Shown here in pieces: positions 30,129 to 40,450 of a stretch of DNA of 64,000 nt. The translations under genes and the position numbers were made by a program. This DNA comes from an uncultured bacterium (GTDB taxonomy: Bacteria; Babelota; Babeliae; Babelales; Babelaceae): contig OY970209.1 of NCBI GenBank assembly GCA_963713855.1, positions 544,001-608,000 of the forward strand. The letters run 5' to 3'. The number at the start of each line of letters is the position of its first letter. The first letter of the stretch is position 1. The notes below the pieces were generated by a model, which did no database searches, was not told the DNA's origin, and saw only the letters and a list, made by a program, of their open reading frames with translations.

Positions 30129-31727
30129 ATGAGGTTTTATTACTTTTTTTTCATGAGCTTACTTCTGTTAAAGAATCTGTTTCTTTTTTGTCAGACTGAA
30201 GATTTGGATGCTATACATAAAATACAAAGAAATGCTGTAGTCCTTCTTGAAAAAGCTGTATCGTTTTTAAATCGTGAAGGGCTTGACGTTGCTTGTCAAG
30301 CTTTTGCTCTTGATCCTGCGTGGAAGCATAATTCCATTGCTCTCTTCATTTTCGGTGTTGATGGCCGAGTGTATGTTGATAATGGTTACTTTGATTGTTT
30401 CTGGAGAAATCTGGGAAAGAGAGTCGATTTTTTTGGCGATCCGCTTATTCCTACAATGATTGCGCAGGGCCAAAGTGGTGGTTGGGTCACTCATCTTTTT
30501 TTAAACGACATTCGGCACTCCTATGTCAAGCTTGTTACATTGGAGGGTAAAACGTATATTGTTGGAGCAACGTTTTTTCATCAATCTCCAGTGCTCCTTT
30601 CTATCTTGATAGTTGAAGCGATGAAGCGTTTGTGGGAGCGCGATGGCGATATAAGCGCTATCCAGCTTATAAATAACCCATTTGGATCACTTGTCTATGG
30701 CAATGCGTATGGCATTGTTATGAATACAGAAGGTGTTTGTTGGGCGCATGGAAATAACGTATTGCTTGTCGGAAGGAGCTTAACCGATCCGAGCATTGTG
30801 GGTAAATCGGCGTCGGTCGCTTTTAAAAAAGTAATAGAGACCATAAAGCATCAAGATCATTTTTGGGTTGAATTTGAAGAAAACGGCCTTACAAGGGCTC
30901 TCTATTGCAGAAAATTTATGTCAGGAAAGCTCAGAAAAACGTTTATATTCATGGCGGGCTATTATAAAAACTTTACCCCCGAGCTAGTAAAATCAGTGAC
31001 CCGAAAAATAGGTGATGGACTTAAAAACAGCAAAAATGTTCATGACTATTTAAATCGCTTAAGACGAGGTGATTTTACTCACTATTTAAAAGGAGATCTA
31101 GACATCCTTGTTACCGATGCTCACGATGTCGTTCATTATTTTAGCAATAAGGCCCGGGGTGCAGCTTTTCTAGGCAAATCAATCATCAATTACGTAGACA
31201 CTTTTAAAAGGCCTTATAACAAAATGTTGTTTGCAAAATTAATGCACTCGCCCGACGCCTGGGTGTCTCGTTTTTTGCATGGCAATGTTCTTGAACGGAT
31301 ATACGGTTATAAGGTGGAGACGCCCGAGGGTGCTTATATTGTCCAAGCCCGCGGATATTATCCTTATGAGCACCGTGAAGTTGTTCAAATTATAGTGGAT
31401 GATGCCCATGATTACCTTGAAGCGAGCGGTAGTCCGAAGGCGTTCGATGCTTTAAAAGATGTATACGGGTATTTCGTTAAAGGGACTCACTCTATTTTTC
31501 TTTATGATACACACGGTATCTGCTGGGTTTCTGGTATACGGGAGTCAAATATTTGGAGCAAGAGCGATTTCATGGCTTCGATTCCTGAAGGCTTTAGCGA
31601 TGAGAAAAAAAGAGACTCTATTCGTAGGTGGTTTGTTCGCAAAATGGTAAAGCAGTTTGGTACCAAGGAGTCCTTTGTGGTTGCCTCATACTATTATCCA
31701 GAACAAGGGGAAAAGAATGAGAAATAG
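30129..31727 (+). CDS. Exported multi-Cache-domain protein 2
   Basis: Paralog of neighbours; GVCWAHG...LVGRSL, GGWV, GYY[KP] repeats. Confidence 0.75.
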   Translation: MRFYYFFFMSLLLLKNLFLFCQTEDLDAIHKIQRNAVVLLEKAVSFLNREGLDVACQAFALDPAWKHNSIALFIFGVDGRVYVDNGYFDCFWRNLGKRVDFFGDPLIPTMIAQGQSGGWVTHLFLNDIRHSYVKLVTLEGKTYIVGATFFHQSPVLLSILIVEAMKRLWERDGDISAIQLINNPFGSLVYGNAYGIVMNTEGVCWAHGNNVLLVGRSLTDPSIVGKSASVAFKKVIETIKHQDHFWVEFEENGLTRALYCRKFMSGKLRKTFIFMAGYYKNFTPELVKSVTRKIGDGLKNSKNVHDYLNRLRRGDFTHYLKGDLDILVTDAHDVVHYFSNKARGAAFLGKSIINYVDTFKRPYNKMLFAKLMHSPDAWVSRFLHGNVLERIYGYKVETPEGAYIVQARGYYPYEHREVVQIIVDDAHDYLEASGSPKAFDALKDVYGYFVKGTHSIFLYDTHGICWVSGIRESNIWSKSDFMASIPEGFSDEKKRDSIRRWFVRKMVKQFGTKESFVVASYYYPEQGEKNEK

Positions 31728-33342
31728 TGTATATGCGTTGCTCATACTTTGCTTTTATGGTACGCAATGTCATGCTCAAAAAAGCCAGATGCTTAATATT
31801 AAGCGCAAAGAAAGCTACTCCCAGAGGATCTTACGTAAAGCTGCTGACTTTTTTGAAAGAAATTCTGTTAGCGATGCTTGCCATGCATTTACCTATGATC
31901 CTTCATGGCTCAAGGGCGAAATGTTTATTATCGTGCTTGATGAGGAGGGCATGTGCTACACCTTTGGCAGTGAAAAATCACGTATATGGGAAAATTTTGC
32001 AGAATATAAAGACCCACTTGGTGAGTCACTTCTTAATCGGTTTTTAAAAAGCGGCGAAGAGGCCGTTCATACCATTCCGCTTAATAATGCCCGTATGCGC
32101 TTACGTACAAAGAAGGTCAAAAAAGATGGTAAAGGGTTCATACTCGGCTGTGGTTTTTACCCTGATGCATCGGAATACGTATCACTTGAGCTTGTTGAGC
32201 GAACAATTCAGATGATTAAGGAGGTTGGCATGCCTAGTACGGTTCGCGCGGTTAATAATCCTGCCGGCGCCATGCTTTCTGGCGACAGTTTTCTTTTTAT
32301 TATTCGTAAAGATGGTAGGATTTTGGCCCATGGCGGAGATAGGGCTCAAGTAGGAAAAAATATCAACGACCAACCGCTTTTGCCTACGGATTCCCCCGAG
32401 TTGCAGGAAGAAGTTGCGTACCGGAAAGTGTTAATTGAATTCTTGCAAAGCAATAAGCCAAAAGGATGGCTTCCTCCTGTTAAGCTCAATAATACAACGC
32501 AGCGTATTTTTATATCAAAGTATACCGATCCAAGGACTTCTGAAGTCTTTCTTGTAGGATCTGTTTATTTTCCTGAAATCGATGATGACGCTATTTATTC
32601 ACTTGTGCAGAAGGCTATTACCTATATTAAGGCCCAGGGCAAGCAAGTTGCTTTTACAACTATTAGTACGCCAAGAGGCCCATTAGCACTCGGGCGAGGA
32701 AGGGTTATCGTCTATGATGGTAATGGAATGTGCCTTGCTAATGCTGAGGATGCAAATTTTGTTGGCAACAATCTCATCAAGAGAGTTGATGCCCAAGGAC
32801 ATTATTCTCTCAGGCGGCTTATTGAGGACGTAAATAAATATGGACATGCATGGTCAAGCGAGTTTTCAAGAAACACCTATAAGCTCATTTACTCCGAAAA
32901 ACTTGATTTACCGGACGGCGCGCTTATCGTTTCCGCTGGTTATTGGCCAGCCTCTAAAGAGTTAACTGTTCGAGGAATGGTTGATCGTGCGGCTGATGGC
33001 TTAGTAAGTCAAGGAAAACCAGCGTCCATGTACGATTTTAGTGGTTTTGATTCCGACTTTTTGCGTGGTGAAGTTCACATAACAGCGTTTAATACTGAGG
33101 GCGTTGTCTTAGCTGATGGACCTTGGTATAAACACCTTATCTGGTCCCCCATGTCGATGCGCGATAGGTATGGAAGAAAGGTTATTGAAAAGATTCTTGC
33201 AACGGCTGCTCGTGGTGAAGGATGGGTCGACTATAAGCAAGCAAATGCAACCTTTAGGGCATATACTCGCCGAGTGGATCTAGAGCGTTCCCCGAAGAAC
33301 GTAGAAAGCGTCGTTGTTCTTTCAGGACACTATGTATTCTAA
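31717..33342 (+). CDS. Exported multi-Cache-domain protein 3
   Basis: DGRILAHG..VGKN, LVQKAITYIKAQGKQVAF, GEGWVDYK; four units ending GFYP/VYFP/GYWP/GHYV. Confidence 0.8.
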   Translation: MRNSVYALLILCFYGTQCHAQKSQMLNIKRKESYSQRILRKAADFFERNSVSDACHAFTYDPSWLKGEMFIIVLDEEGMCYTFGSEKSRIWENFAEYKDPLGESLLNRFLKSGEEAVHTIPLNNARMRLRTKKVKKDGKGFILGCGFYPDASEYVSLELVERTIQMIKEVGMPSTVRAVNNPAGAMLSGDSFLFIIRKDGRILAHGGDRAQVGKNINDQPLLPTDSPELQEEVAYRKVLIEFLQSNKPKGWLPPVKLNNTTQRIFISKYTDPRTSEVFLVGSVYFPEIDDDAIYSLVQKAITYIKAQGKQVAFTTISTPRGPLALGRGRVIVYDGNGMCLANAEDANFVGNNLIKRVDAQGHYSLRRLIEDVNKYGHAWSSEFSRNTYKLIYSEKLDLPDGALIVSAGYWPASKELTVRGMVDRAADGLVSQGKPASMYDFSGFDSDFLRGEVHITAFNTEGVVLADGPWYKHLIWSPMSMRDRYGRKVIEKILATAARGEGWVDYKQANATFRAYTRRVDLERSPKNVESVVVLSGHYVF

Positions 33343-33450
33343 GAGACTATTATGCTAAAGAAAACTTCACCCTTGGGCTTGTAAATATTAAAACTTCATT
33401 TATAATAAAAATTGTTTTTTAAAGTAAAACATTTTTAAGATGGAGTTTTT

Positions 33451-34122
33451 ATGACAGTGCGCCCGGTTTCTGTTGTTTTGGGTATAGTTGTGCCGTTTTT
33501 GATGGCTGGTTGTATTCATCAGTCTGATGAGCAGATTTTAGAAAAAGCTGAGCGCTATTTTGCTGTTGTTTCTTTACGTTATGAAAAGCTACTTGATACG
33601 GCCGATCCTGAAAAAATTATACTTTGTGCACGCAGTCTTGGTACTTCGTCGTATGCTCCCACAACTTCATGGTTCGATTTCATATTTAAGGGTGATTCTA
33701 CCTATAGGGAGGCCATTCCTCTACACACAGTGGCACGTTTTCTAGAAAGCGATTTGGATGATTTGTATAGTCATCTTGCGTCATTACAGACGCGATTATT
33801 GGTTGGACTTCCTATTTATAAAAGGCTACAAATGTTGCGTGATGGCCTCGTGCAAGCGCTTGAGACCATCAAAGTTGATGAGGATTATATTGAAGAAGCC
33901 CGTTTTATAGATTTAAAACGTGTTGAGGAAAAGCGGCTAGCAGCTGAAAGGGATCAGCGTGACTATCTTCGAAAAATAGCTGAAAGACCACCTTATAAAG
34001 AAGAAATTACAATCACTGAAATTGTAAAAAAACCCTCAAAAAAGCACTGTGAAGTTGAATGCGACGAGACGCGGCCAGTCAAAAAACCCAAAAAGGAAAT
34101 TGCTGAGATCGTAGTAGAATAA
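33451..34122 (+). CDS. Hypothetical lipoprotein
   Basis: Lipobox-like LMAGC, 223 aa, SD ggag. Confidence 0.75.
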   Translation: MTVRPVSVVLGIVVPFLMAGCIHQSDEQILEKAERYFAVVSLRYEKLLDTADPEKIILCARSLGTSSYAPTTSWFDFIFKGDSTYREAIPLHTVARFLESDLDDLYSHLASLQTRLLVGLPIYKRLQMLRDGLVQALETIKVDEDYIEEARFIDLKRVEEKRLAAERDQRDYLRKIAERPPYKEEITITEIVKKPSKKHCEVECDETRPVKKPKKEIAEIVVE

Positions 34123-34154
34123 CTCTGTATTCAAAAATATAATGGGCCTTCCAA

Positions 34155-34297
34155 AGGCACATATACCAGAAGGGGGAAATCCCTTTCTGGTATATTAAAC
34201 CCACATAAAAGTTTAAGCAGGGTGTGGGTCAAGGGCGTTTGCCCTTGCGCTGGCCGCGTAGGCGCCTCTTTCTCTTTGACTTACTATTTAGGGACTC
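34155..34297. repeat. Modular multi-hairpin element, copy 3 (right half only)
   Basis: aggcacatataccagaaggggg...ctttctggtatat, gggtgtgggtcaagggcgtttgcccttg and a full right TIR cgcgtaggcgcctctttctctttgacttactatttagggactc. Confidence 0.8.
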
Positions 34298-34327
34298 TAC
34301 AAGGCCTAAGAAATGAGGAAGGCCTTT

Positions 34328-35224
34328 TTAAGCCATTTTTTGACGCTTTATCTCATCGGCGTAAAAAGTAAGAAGTCCTACAAAAAAAACGCTTGCTGCT
34401 AGTGCAAATTGGAGCGTCAGTTTTTCGCCAAGAAAAGCCCATCCCAACAATCCAGCAAATATAGGAATAGAAAAACCTGATAACGAAATTAAGGTTGCGC
34501 TGTGATGTTTTAGTAAAGAAGCATAAAGTGTATAGGCAATTACGTTTCCTGCAATGATCGTGTAAGTGAGTAGTAACCAAAACAGTGAAGGCGAGCTTAT
34601 GACCAATGGTGAAGGTGTATCGAGCCACGCTGAGGTTAATAAAGCTATGATGCCACTTTGGGTCATAATAAGTCCGTTAAGTTGTGCTGGCGGATAGCGA
34701 TTTTTTCGTAATTGGTGTTGTACCATAATCCAGCCAAAACGACTAAAAAGAACAGCACACAAGGCCGCAGCTTGGGGTAGCAATAAAGGGCCTGTACAGG
34801 TTTTTGTGCCCACGTTAGAAAGGTTGACTGAAAACAAAACGCCTGCGCAAGCTATCAAGATGCCAATAATCTTATTTCGTGTTAATTTTTCGCCAAAAAG
34901 TAGGTATGCGTAAAGAGCAGTTACAAATGGGTCGATGCTTCCTAAAAGTGTGGCGTGGCCAGTTTCTAAATTTTTAAGAGCGTAGTTTTTTAAAATTGAT
35001 GGGGTGTAGGTTGTAAAAAAAGCTATGCCCGTTAAAAACCGCCAATCTTCTTTTAATTGCGCGAGGGTGTAGGTGCGCTTTTTCCAAGTATAAGAAAGAA
35101 GAATTATTCCGGCGCTCAGCATTCTTATGCCAACGAATAAAACGGGTGGGATTATCGTGAGAAGGATTTTATTAACGAAGATACCGCTTGCAAAGAGAGC
35201 AAAAGTAAAGAAAATAATAAACAC
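34328..35224 (-). CDS. DMT/EamA family transporter
   Basis: Ten TM helices in two repeats (LFGEKL, FLGEKL); start moved to GTG 35224 because the longer ORF runs into tRNA-Ser. Confidence 0.88.
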   Translation of the reverse strand: MFIIFFTFALFASGIFVNKILLTIIPPVLFVGIRMLSAGIILLSYTWKKRTYTLAQLKEDWRFLTGIAFFTTYTPSILKNYALKNLETGHATLLGSIDPFVTALYAYLLFGEKLTRNKIIGILIACAGVLFSVNLSNVGTKTCTGPLLLPQAAALCAVLFSRFGWIMVQHQLRKNRYPPAQLNGLIMTQSGIIALLTSAWLDTPSPLVISSPSLFWLLLTYTIIAGNVIAYTLYASLLKHHSATLISLSGFSIPIFAGLLGWAFLGEKLTLQFALAASVFFVGLLTFYADEIKRQKMA

Positions 35225-35295
35225 GCGCGCACTCGGTGATTTGTTTATGTAAGTATACCCGTTTTGATTAAGAGAAGGAAAGCGGGCACTTTTAA

Positions 35296-35387
35296 TGGAG
35301 GAGAGAGTGGGATTCGAACCCACGATCCCGATCTCTCAGGATAACGGTTTTCAAGACCGCCGCCTTCGACCACTCAGCCATCTCTCC
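35296..35387 (-). tRNA. tRNA-Ser(TGA)
   Basis: GGAGAGA acceptor, anticodon CT-TGA-AA, long variable arm, CCA. Confidence 0.95.
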
Positions 35388-35419
35388 AGTTGAGTTTTAT
35401 GTGGTCTTCGTTTTAAAGC

Positions 35420-35496
35420 TGGTGCGCCCAGGAGGAGTCGAACCCCCAACCTTCAGATCCGTAGTCTGACGCTCTGTCCAATTGAGCTATGGGCGC
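35420..35496 (-). tRNA. tRNA-Arg(ACG)
   Basis: TCAGA-CT-ACG-GA-TCTGA anticodon arm, CCA. Confidence 0.96.
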
Positions 35497-35560
35497 ATTC
35501 AATGAAAAATAATAAAAGTATTTTAACAGAATTCTCGGTGGCGGTCAAACGACAAGGGGC

Positions 35561-36094
35561 TTATTTAAATGCTTTTTGCCAAGCAAGCGCACGTTCTAGA
35601 AGCTCGTTTAAGAAAGCGTGTTTTTGATCAGAATAGCCTAAGAGTGTCCGAGTGCCTGAATTGAGGATGCGCTCTTTCATGCTGGAATATTCATGCGCCA
35701 CCAGTGGATGGGTTATAAGATAGTTTCGCAACGCAGTGTTGTTATTGCAAAGATTGCTTTTATAGCGTGTGATTGCAAGATTATATCCATGCTTTGGGCC
35801 TCTTTTTCGATAGTATAACCGCTCTGGTATGCCAGCGTGCCCGAAGCCCGTATATCCAAGCTGTTCAAGTAAGTTATTTTCTACGGTAGTTACTGTAAGA
35901 CTGTTGAGGCCGATAAGAATATCAATAATGGGTTTTGCTTTTAGGCCAGGAACGGCAATGCTGCCAAAATGTTCGATACCCTCTAATCGAGAGCCAAATA
36001 CCTTTTTAAGGGGAACTTTTTCTTCTTCGAAAAATTTTTTCCACGAAGGGCTGTATGCGACTAGAATGATTGGTTCGTCTATTTGGTGTTGCAT
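35561..36094 (-). CDS. GrpB family (nucleotidyltransferase-fold) protein
   Basis: IEHFGSIAVPGLKAKPIIDI, LRNYL, YS..K motifs; start MQHQID after the tRNA. Confidence 0.9.
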   Translation of the reverse strand: MQHQIDEPIILVAYSPSWKKFFEEEKVPLKKVFGSRLEGIEHFGSIAVPGLKAKPIIDILIGLNSLTVTTVENNLLEQLGYTGFGHAGIPERLYYRKRGPKHGYNLAITRYKSNLCNNNTALRNYLITHPLVAHEYSSMKERILNSGTRTLLGYSDQKHAFLNELLERALAWQKAFK

Positions 36095-36117
36095 AGTATC
36101 TATTGATAGATGGCACT

Positions 36118-36209
36118 TGGTGGAGAGAGAGGGATTCGAACCCTCGCGCCCCGTTTTACAGGACTCTTGCTTAGCAGGCAAGCGCTTTAGACCACTCAGC
36201 CATCTCTCC
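36118..36209 (-). tRNA. tRNA-Ser(GCT)
   Basis: CTTGC-CT-GCT-AA-GCAAG anticodon arm, long variable arm, CCA. Confidence 0.95.
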
Positions 36210-36410
36210 TTGCATGATTCTTATATTCTAACCAAGAAAGCCCTATTAATCAAGGCGGCTTTGGGCGTAGCTGATGACGAAGGCGTTCGAGCGTTAGGTT
36301 TTTCTGAGGGGACAGCAAACAAGTAAGTCCAGAATCAAAATAATGAGCGTCCATTGCTGTTTTCATGTTTATCATATATAATAGTTATTGTTATAATAAT
36401 AAGGTGAGCT

Positions 36411-36638
36411 ATGAAAAAGATAAATGTTACTTTTACGATTCCTGTTGAAACAAATAAGCTGCTACACTCTGTTGTTGGCCGCAGAAAAATAAGCTCCTTT
36501 GTTACTCAAGCTCTACATAAGGCGTTAAAAGAAGAGTTAGAAGCTCTTAAAGAAGCATATGCTCAGGCAGAGCAGGATCCTGATAGAAGGTCAACTATAA
36601 AAGACTGGGATGCGATAGAGATAGAAGGATGGGAATGA
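36411..36638 (+). CDS. Antitoxin (ribbon-helix-helix-like) of a MazF/PemK module
   Basis: 75 aa, KKINVTFTIP strand then helices, ATGA overlap with the toxin. Confidence 0.8.
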   Translation: MKKINVTFTIPVETNKLLHSVVGRRKISSFVTQALHKALKEELEALKEAYAQAEQDPDRRSTIKDWDAIEIEGWE

Positions 36639-36970
36639 GCACTTGGCCAAAACGTGGGGAAATTTACTGGGTTAATTTAGACCCAACAATGGGGTCTGAA
36701 ATTACAAAAACTCGGCCAGCGTTGATTATTTCCAATAACGCACATAACGAAATATCTCGTCGAGTTATTGTGGCTCCCATTACTAGTAAGGCAACCAAAG
36801 TTTTTCCATTTGAGGTCGCACTTACTATTAAGGACAGAAATTGTAAAATATTACTTGATCAAGTGAGAGCTATTGATAAATTAAGATTGGCTAGCAAAAT
36901 TGGCATTGTTTCGATTGATGTCTTGGAAAAAGTTGAAATTGCTCTTAAAACGGTATTTTCCTTATCATAA
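36635..36970 (+). CDS. mazF: Type II TA toxin, PemK/MazF family
   Basis: PKRGEIYWVNLDPTMGSEITKTRPALIIS, VAPITS, DQVRAIDKLRL. Confidence 0.93.
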   Translation: MSTWPKRGEIYWVNLDPTMGSEITKTRPALIISNNAHNEISRRVIVAPITSKATKVFPFEVALTIKDRNCKILLDQVRAIDKLRLASKIGIVSIDVLEKVEIALKTVFSLS

Positions 36971-37096
36971 GTTTTAGAACAAGCGTTTCAAATAACTTGT
37001 CTAATGCAACAAGCCTCTCTAAGCGGTATCAGCCTTAATTCACTTATTATCGAGAAATTGAAAACAGATACGTAAAGATAAAATGGCTCTAGTAAG

Positions 37097-37366
37097 ATGA
37101 TTCTAGAAATTAAAGTTTTTCCGTGTTCTGGTAGGCAAGAATGGGCCATTGAAGCAAATGGCATGATTAAATGTTACCTAAAAAGCCAGCCTGAAGGTGG
37201 TAAAGCAAATCGAGAGTTTCTGATGCTTCTGGCACATTTATTGGGATTACCTGTACGGCAGCTTACCATAGTGTCGGGATTGACGACTCGTATCAAGCGG
37301 ATTAGGATACCTGTAGAGATTACTCAGGAAGCACTTTCAAAGCTTATTGAGTCACAAAACAGGTAA
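37097..37366 (+). CDS. DUF167/YggU family protein
   Basis: PEGGKAN, IVSGLTTRIK. Confidence 0.85.
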   Translation: MILEIKVFPCSGRQEWAIEANGMIKCYLKSQPEGGKANREFLMLLAHLLGLPVRQLTIVSGLTTRIKRIRIPVEITQEALSKLIESQNR

Positions 37367-37387
37367 CATTCTTACATTTTAAAATAT

Positions 37388-38557
37388 ATGCCCTATTTTA
37401 TATGGACCGGTATAGACGGCAGTGGTATCGTCAAAAAAGGAAAGCGTTTTGCGCGTACGGCACAGCTTCTCAATACGCAGCTTTTACGAGAAGAAATTGC
37501 TTTAAAGAGCTATTCTAAATCATTGTGGAACAGAGTCTTGCCATTACCAAAACAGGTTCAGGGCCAATTTGCAGAGCACTTGGCAAGCCTTTTAGAAAGG
37601 GGGATTCGTTTAGCCGATGCTCTTGATATTGTAAGTAAAACCGTGGCGTGGCCTCTGGTGCGGGATGTAGCACGCGATTGCGCCCAGGGAGTTTGTGAAG
37701 GACTATCTTTGGGCCAAGTTTTACATGCTCACGATCCATTAATAGATAGGATTTTTGTGACGCTTGTAATCGCAGGGCAGGAAGCGGGAGCCTTGCCAAA
37801 GGTATTAAGAATACTGACCAACTATTACAAGGTGCGTCAAGAACTGGCCCGGAAGTTAAAATCCTCTCTTTTAATGCCCGGCATTACTTTTCTCTTTTTT
37901 CTTTTGAGCCTTTACGGCTTATTTTATTGGATCATCCCCCGCTTTGAATCACTTTTTTTGCTCATAAAAGGTCCATTGCCACATCAAACGGCAATGCTTT
38001 TTAAAGTAAGCGCTATACTTCGTGGTAGTATGGGTTACTTTCTTGTTGGAGTAGTAGTTGTTGGGATCGTTCTTAAACGTTTTGCACCTAAGATAGATAT
38101 GCTTTTGTTTCCTTATATTAGGGAGTGGTGTTTAGCCTACCACTTAGCGTTTTTCTTTCGCTCTCTTTCGCTGCTTCTTGAAGGCGAGGTGCGTCTTCCA
38201 GAGGCATTGTCCCTGGCTTCGGAAAGTGTTTTTCATACGAAGATACGTAAAGCATTAGAGGACGTCAAATATGAGGTGGATGCTGGAAAAAGTTTTGGTT
38301 CAGCTTTATTGAGTAATGCGTTATTACGCGCACCTGAAGCTGGTATGCTTTGCAAGCTTGGCGAGTCGATGGGGACGCTCACTCCGATGGTGAGTAAAGT
38401 AGCTGAGCTTTATGAAAAACGACTCCAAGTTTTACTCGAGACAATTGCTACTACTGTTCCAGCACTTGTGCTCATACTTTTGGGATGCATGATAGGATTT
38501 TTTATCATTACCGTCTATGCGCCTCTTTTAACGCTTGCCCAGAATATTGGACCATAG
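37388..38557 (+). CDS. Type II secretion F / PilC family inner-membrane platform protein
   Basis: MPYFIWTG start, LASLLERGIRLADAL, AGQEAGAL and LGESMGTL duplicated domains, VYAPL end. Confidence 0.88.
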   Translation: MPYFIWTGIDGSGIVKKGKRFARTAQLLNTQLLREEIALKSYSKSLWNRVLPLPKQVQGQFAEHLASLLERGIRLADALDIVSKTVAWPLVRDVARDCAQGVCEGLSLGQVLHAHDPLIDRIFVTLVIAGQEAGALPKVLRILTNYYKVRQELARKLKSSLLMPGITFLFFLLSLYGLFYWIIPRFESLFLLIKGPLPHQTAMLFKVSAILRGSMGYFLVGVVVVGIVLKRFAPKIDMLLFPYIREWCLAYHLAFFFRSLSLLLEGEVRLPEALSLASESVFHTKIRKALEDVKYEVDAGKSFGSALLSNALLRAPEAGMLCKLGESMGTLTPMVSKVAELYEKRLQVLLETIATTVPALVLILLGCMIGFFIITVYAPLLTLAQNIGP

Positions 38558-38616
38558 CTTTCTTCGTTGACCCGCAAGCTGATTCTGGTATTCTTAAAGA
38601 ATGATATATACAGTAC

Positions 38617-38702
38617 ACCGGGGTGGCGAAATGGCAGACGCACGAGACTCAAAATCTCGCGGTGGCAACACCATGTCGGTTCGAGTCCGACCCTCGGTAC
38701 CA
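38617..38702 (+). tRNA. tRNA-Leu(CAA)
   Basis: CGAGA-CT-CAA-AA-TCTCG, variable arm, CCA. Confidence 0.95.
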
Positions 38703-38712
38703 AGGATTGAAT

Positions 38713-39048
38713 ATGAACGAATGTGTTTTTTGTCAAATCAAAGAAAAAAAACTACCGGCGGCCTGGGTTTTTGAAGATGACCAAGTCTTTGTCATTAAGG
38801 ACAGGTCTCCACAAGCTCCGATTCATTATCTTATCATTCCTAAAGAGCATGTAATTGATATCCGGTCACTTTTGCCTGATCAACTTAAGCTTGGCGCTCT
38901 TATTTTTAAGACGGCGCAGCATCTAGCGCGTACGGTACAGGAAGCTGAACAGTTTAACTTATTCATGAATAATGGGCCAAATGCTGGTCAAAAGGTGTTT
39001 CACCTACATGCCCATTTCTTGGCTGGACGACTTCTTACCAATCTATAA
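38713..39048 (+). CDS. HIT family nucleotide-binding protein
   Basis: [29 protein letters not shown]. Confidence 0.93.
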   Translation: MNECVFCQIKEKKLPAAWVFEDDQVFVIKDRSPQAPIHYLIIPKEHVIDIRSLLPDQLKLGALIFKTAQHLARTVQEAEQFNLFMNNGPNAGQKVFHLHAHFLAGRLLTNL

Positions 39049-39050
39049 TT

Positions 39051-39137
39051 GCCGAAGTGGCGGAAATGGTAGACGCGCAGGTCTCAGAAGCCTGTGGTGG
39101 AAACACTGTGTCGGTTCGAGTCCGGCCTTCGGCACCA
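39051..39137 (+). tRNA. tRNA-Leu(CAG)
   Basis: CAGGT-CT-CAG-AA-GCCTG, variable arm, CCA. Confidence 0.95.
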
Positions 39138-39181
39138 AGTACTGTCCCGTTTTTTAAAAACATTTTGTTAGGGAATCTAAT

Positions 39182-40249
39182 ATGTTTGGCATAAAGGTTA
39201 TTTCTGCTTTGCTTTTGTCACTCATTCTTGGCTTTGGCGTCACCTACTTCTGTCCATTGTTCGACCGTTTACCGACGCCGACTGGGTTTTATGCTGTGGG
39301 AACTACCTCTTATCACTGGATTGACTCTAAAAGAACTGATTTACGAATGGACTCGGGTCATCGAGAGCTCATGATCCACGTCTATTATCCAAGACATAGT
39401 TCATGCCATAAAACGGATACATTTTCTTATATGCCTGAGCATGTAAAAGCTTTAAAAGAGACTTCATCGATCCCTCTATTTTTTTGCGCCTTTTTTCCCG
39501 ATGGTCTTGTAAGTTATGCCGAGCGTAATGCGCCTTTGGAAGTCGAAAAAGTGCCGTATCCCGTTATACTCTTCTTGCCAGGTATTGGAGGAAGCGGGCT
39601 CTATAGCAGTTATCTTGAAGAGCTTGCCAGTCACGGCTACGTGGTTGTTTACCTAGTACCTACTTTCGATACTGCTGTAACAGTTTTTCCAGATGGAAAG
39701 ATTGTATCACTCGATGCTACTTTAAAAAAAGCCATGGATGAGGTTGATAGGCTTGCGATTTACAATTATCGAACAGCTGCTCATGAACGTTGGAAGCAAG
39801 ATATAGAGTTTGTTATTGAAAAGCTCAGCGCGCTGTCGTCGAGTGGGACATCACTTTTTTATCACGCACTCAATATGGATAAGGTAGGACTTTTGGGTCA
39901 TTCGCATGGGGGATGGGTTGTTACCGATTTTTGCGCTCATAGTGCGATTTGTAAAGCCGGTATTAACATGGATGGCTGGACCAAAACTGTCGACGTAAAA
40001 TCTTTTAATAAACCTTTCCTGTTTCTTCTCAACGATCAATCAATTGAAGGTGTTGATGCATTCTACAAGTCTCTTGAATATCCAGTGCGTAAAGAGATAA
40101 TTCCTGGTGCGGGCCACGAAGCTTTTAGCGATTTCGTTTTTATTAAAAAGTCCTTATCGACCTATTTTGGCATAAGTAGCGATCCAAACCTTGTGAGAAA
40201 TAACATTATTGAAAAAATAGTGACCTTCTTTGACGCGTATTTAAAATAA
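39182..40249 (+). CDS. Alpha/beta hydrolase (PAF-acetylhydrolase-like)
   Basis: LPTPTGFYAVG, ELASHGYVV, nucleophile GHSHGG, INMDG, GAGHEAFSD. Confidence 0.9.
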   Translation: MFGIKVISALLLSLILGFGVTYFCPLFDRLPTPTGFYAVGTTSYHWIDSKRTDLRMDSGHRELMIHVYYPRHSSCHKTDTFSYMPEHVKALKETSSIPLFFCAFFPDGLVSYAERNAPLEVEKVPYPVILFLPGIGGSGLYSSYLEELASHGYVVVYLVPTFDTAVTVFPDGKIVSLDATLKKAMDEVDRLAIYNYRTAAHERWKQDIEFVIEKLSALSSSGTSLFYHALNMDKVGLLGHSHGGWVVTDFCAHSAICKAGINMDGWTKTVDVKSFNKPFLFLLNDQSIEGVDAFYKSLEYPVRKEIIPGAGHEAFSDFVFIKKSLSTYFGISSDPNLVRNNIIEKIVTFFDAYLK

Positions 40250-40450
40250 AGTACGCTATCCTGGCGCCTTAGTACATTTTGAACTCTTCAGAAAAGTCTA
40301 ATGCTGTAAACTTCTAAAACTTTATTAGATGATGTTACATCATGGAGATTAAGGTTTTCAGATGACGCTATAGCTATCGCTTAATCTACTCTTGAAATTA
40401 TTTTCAATTATTTGATATATTCGTAAATGAATATATTAAGGAGACACATT

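Noticed and set aside
36411..36970. MazF/PemK toxin-antitoxin pair near tRNAs as a novel system
   Set aside because: Ordinary, well-known type II TA module
35224..38713. N-terminal ORF extensions of the EamA, GrpB and HIT genes into tRNAs
   Set aside because: Extensions translate tRNA sequence; better starts lie downstream
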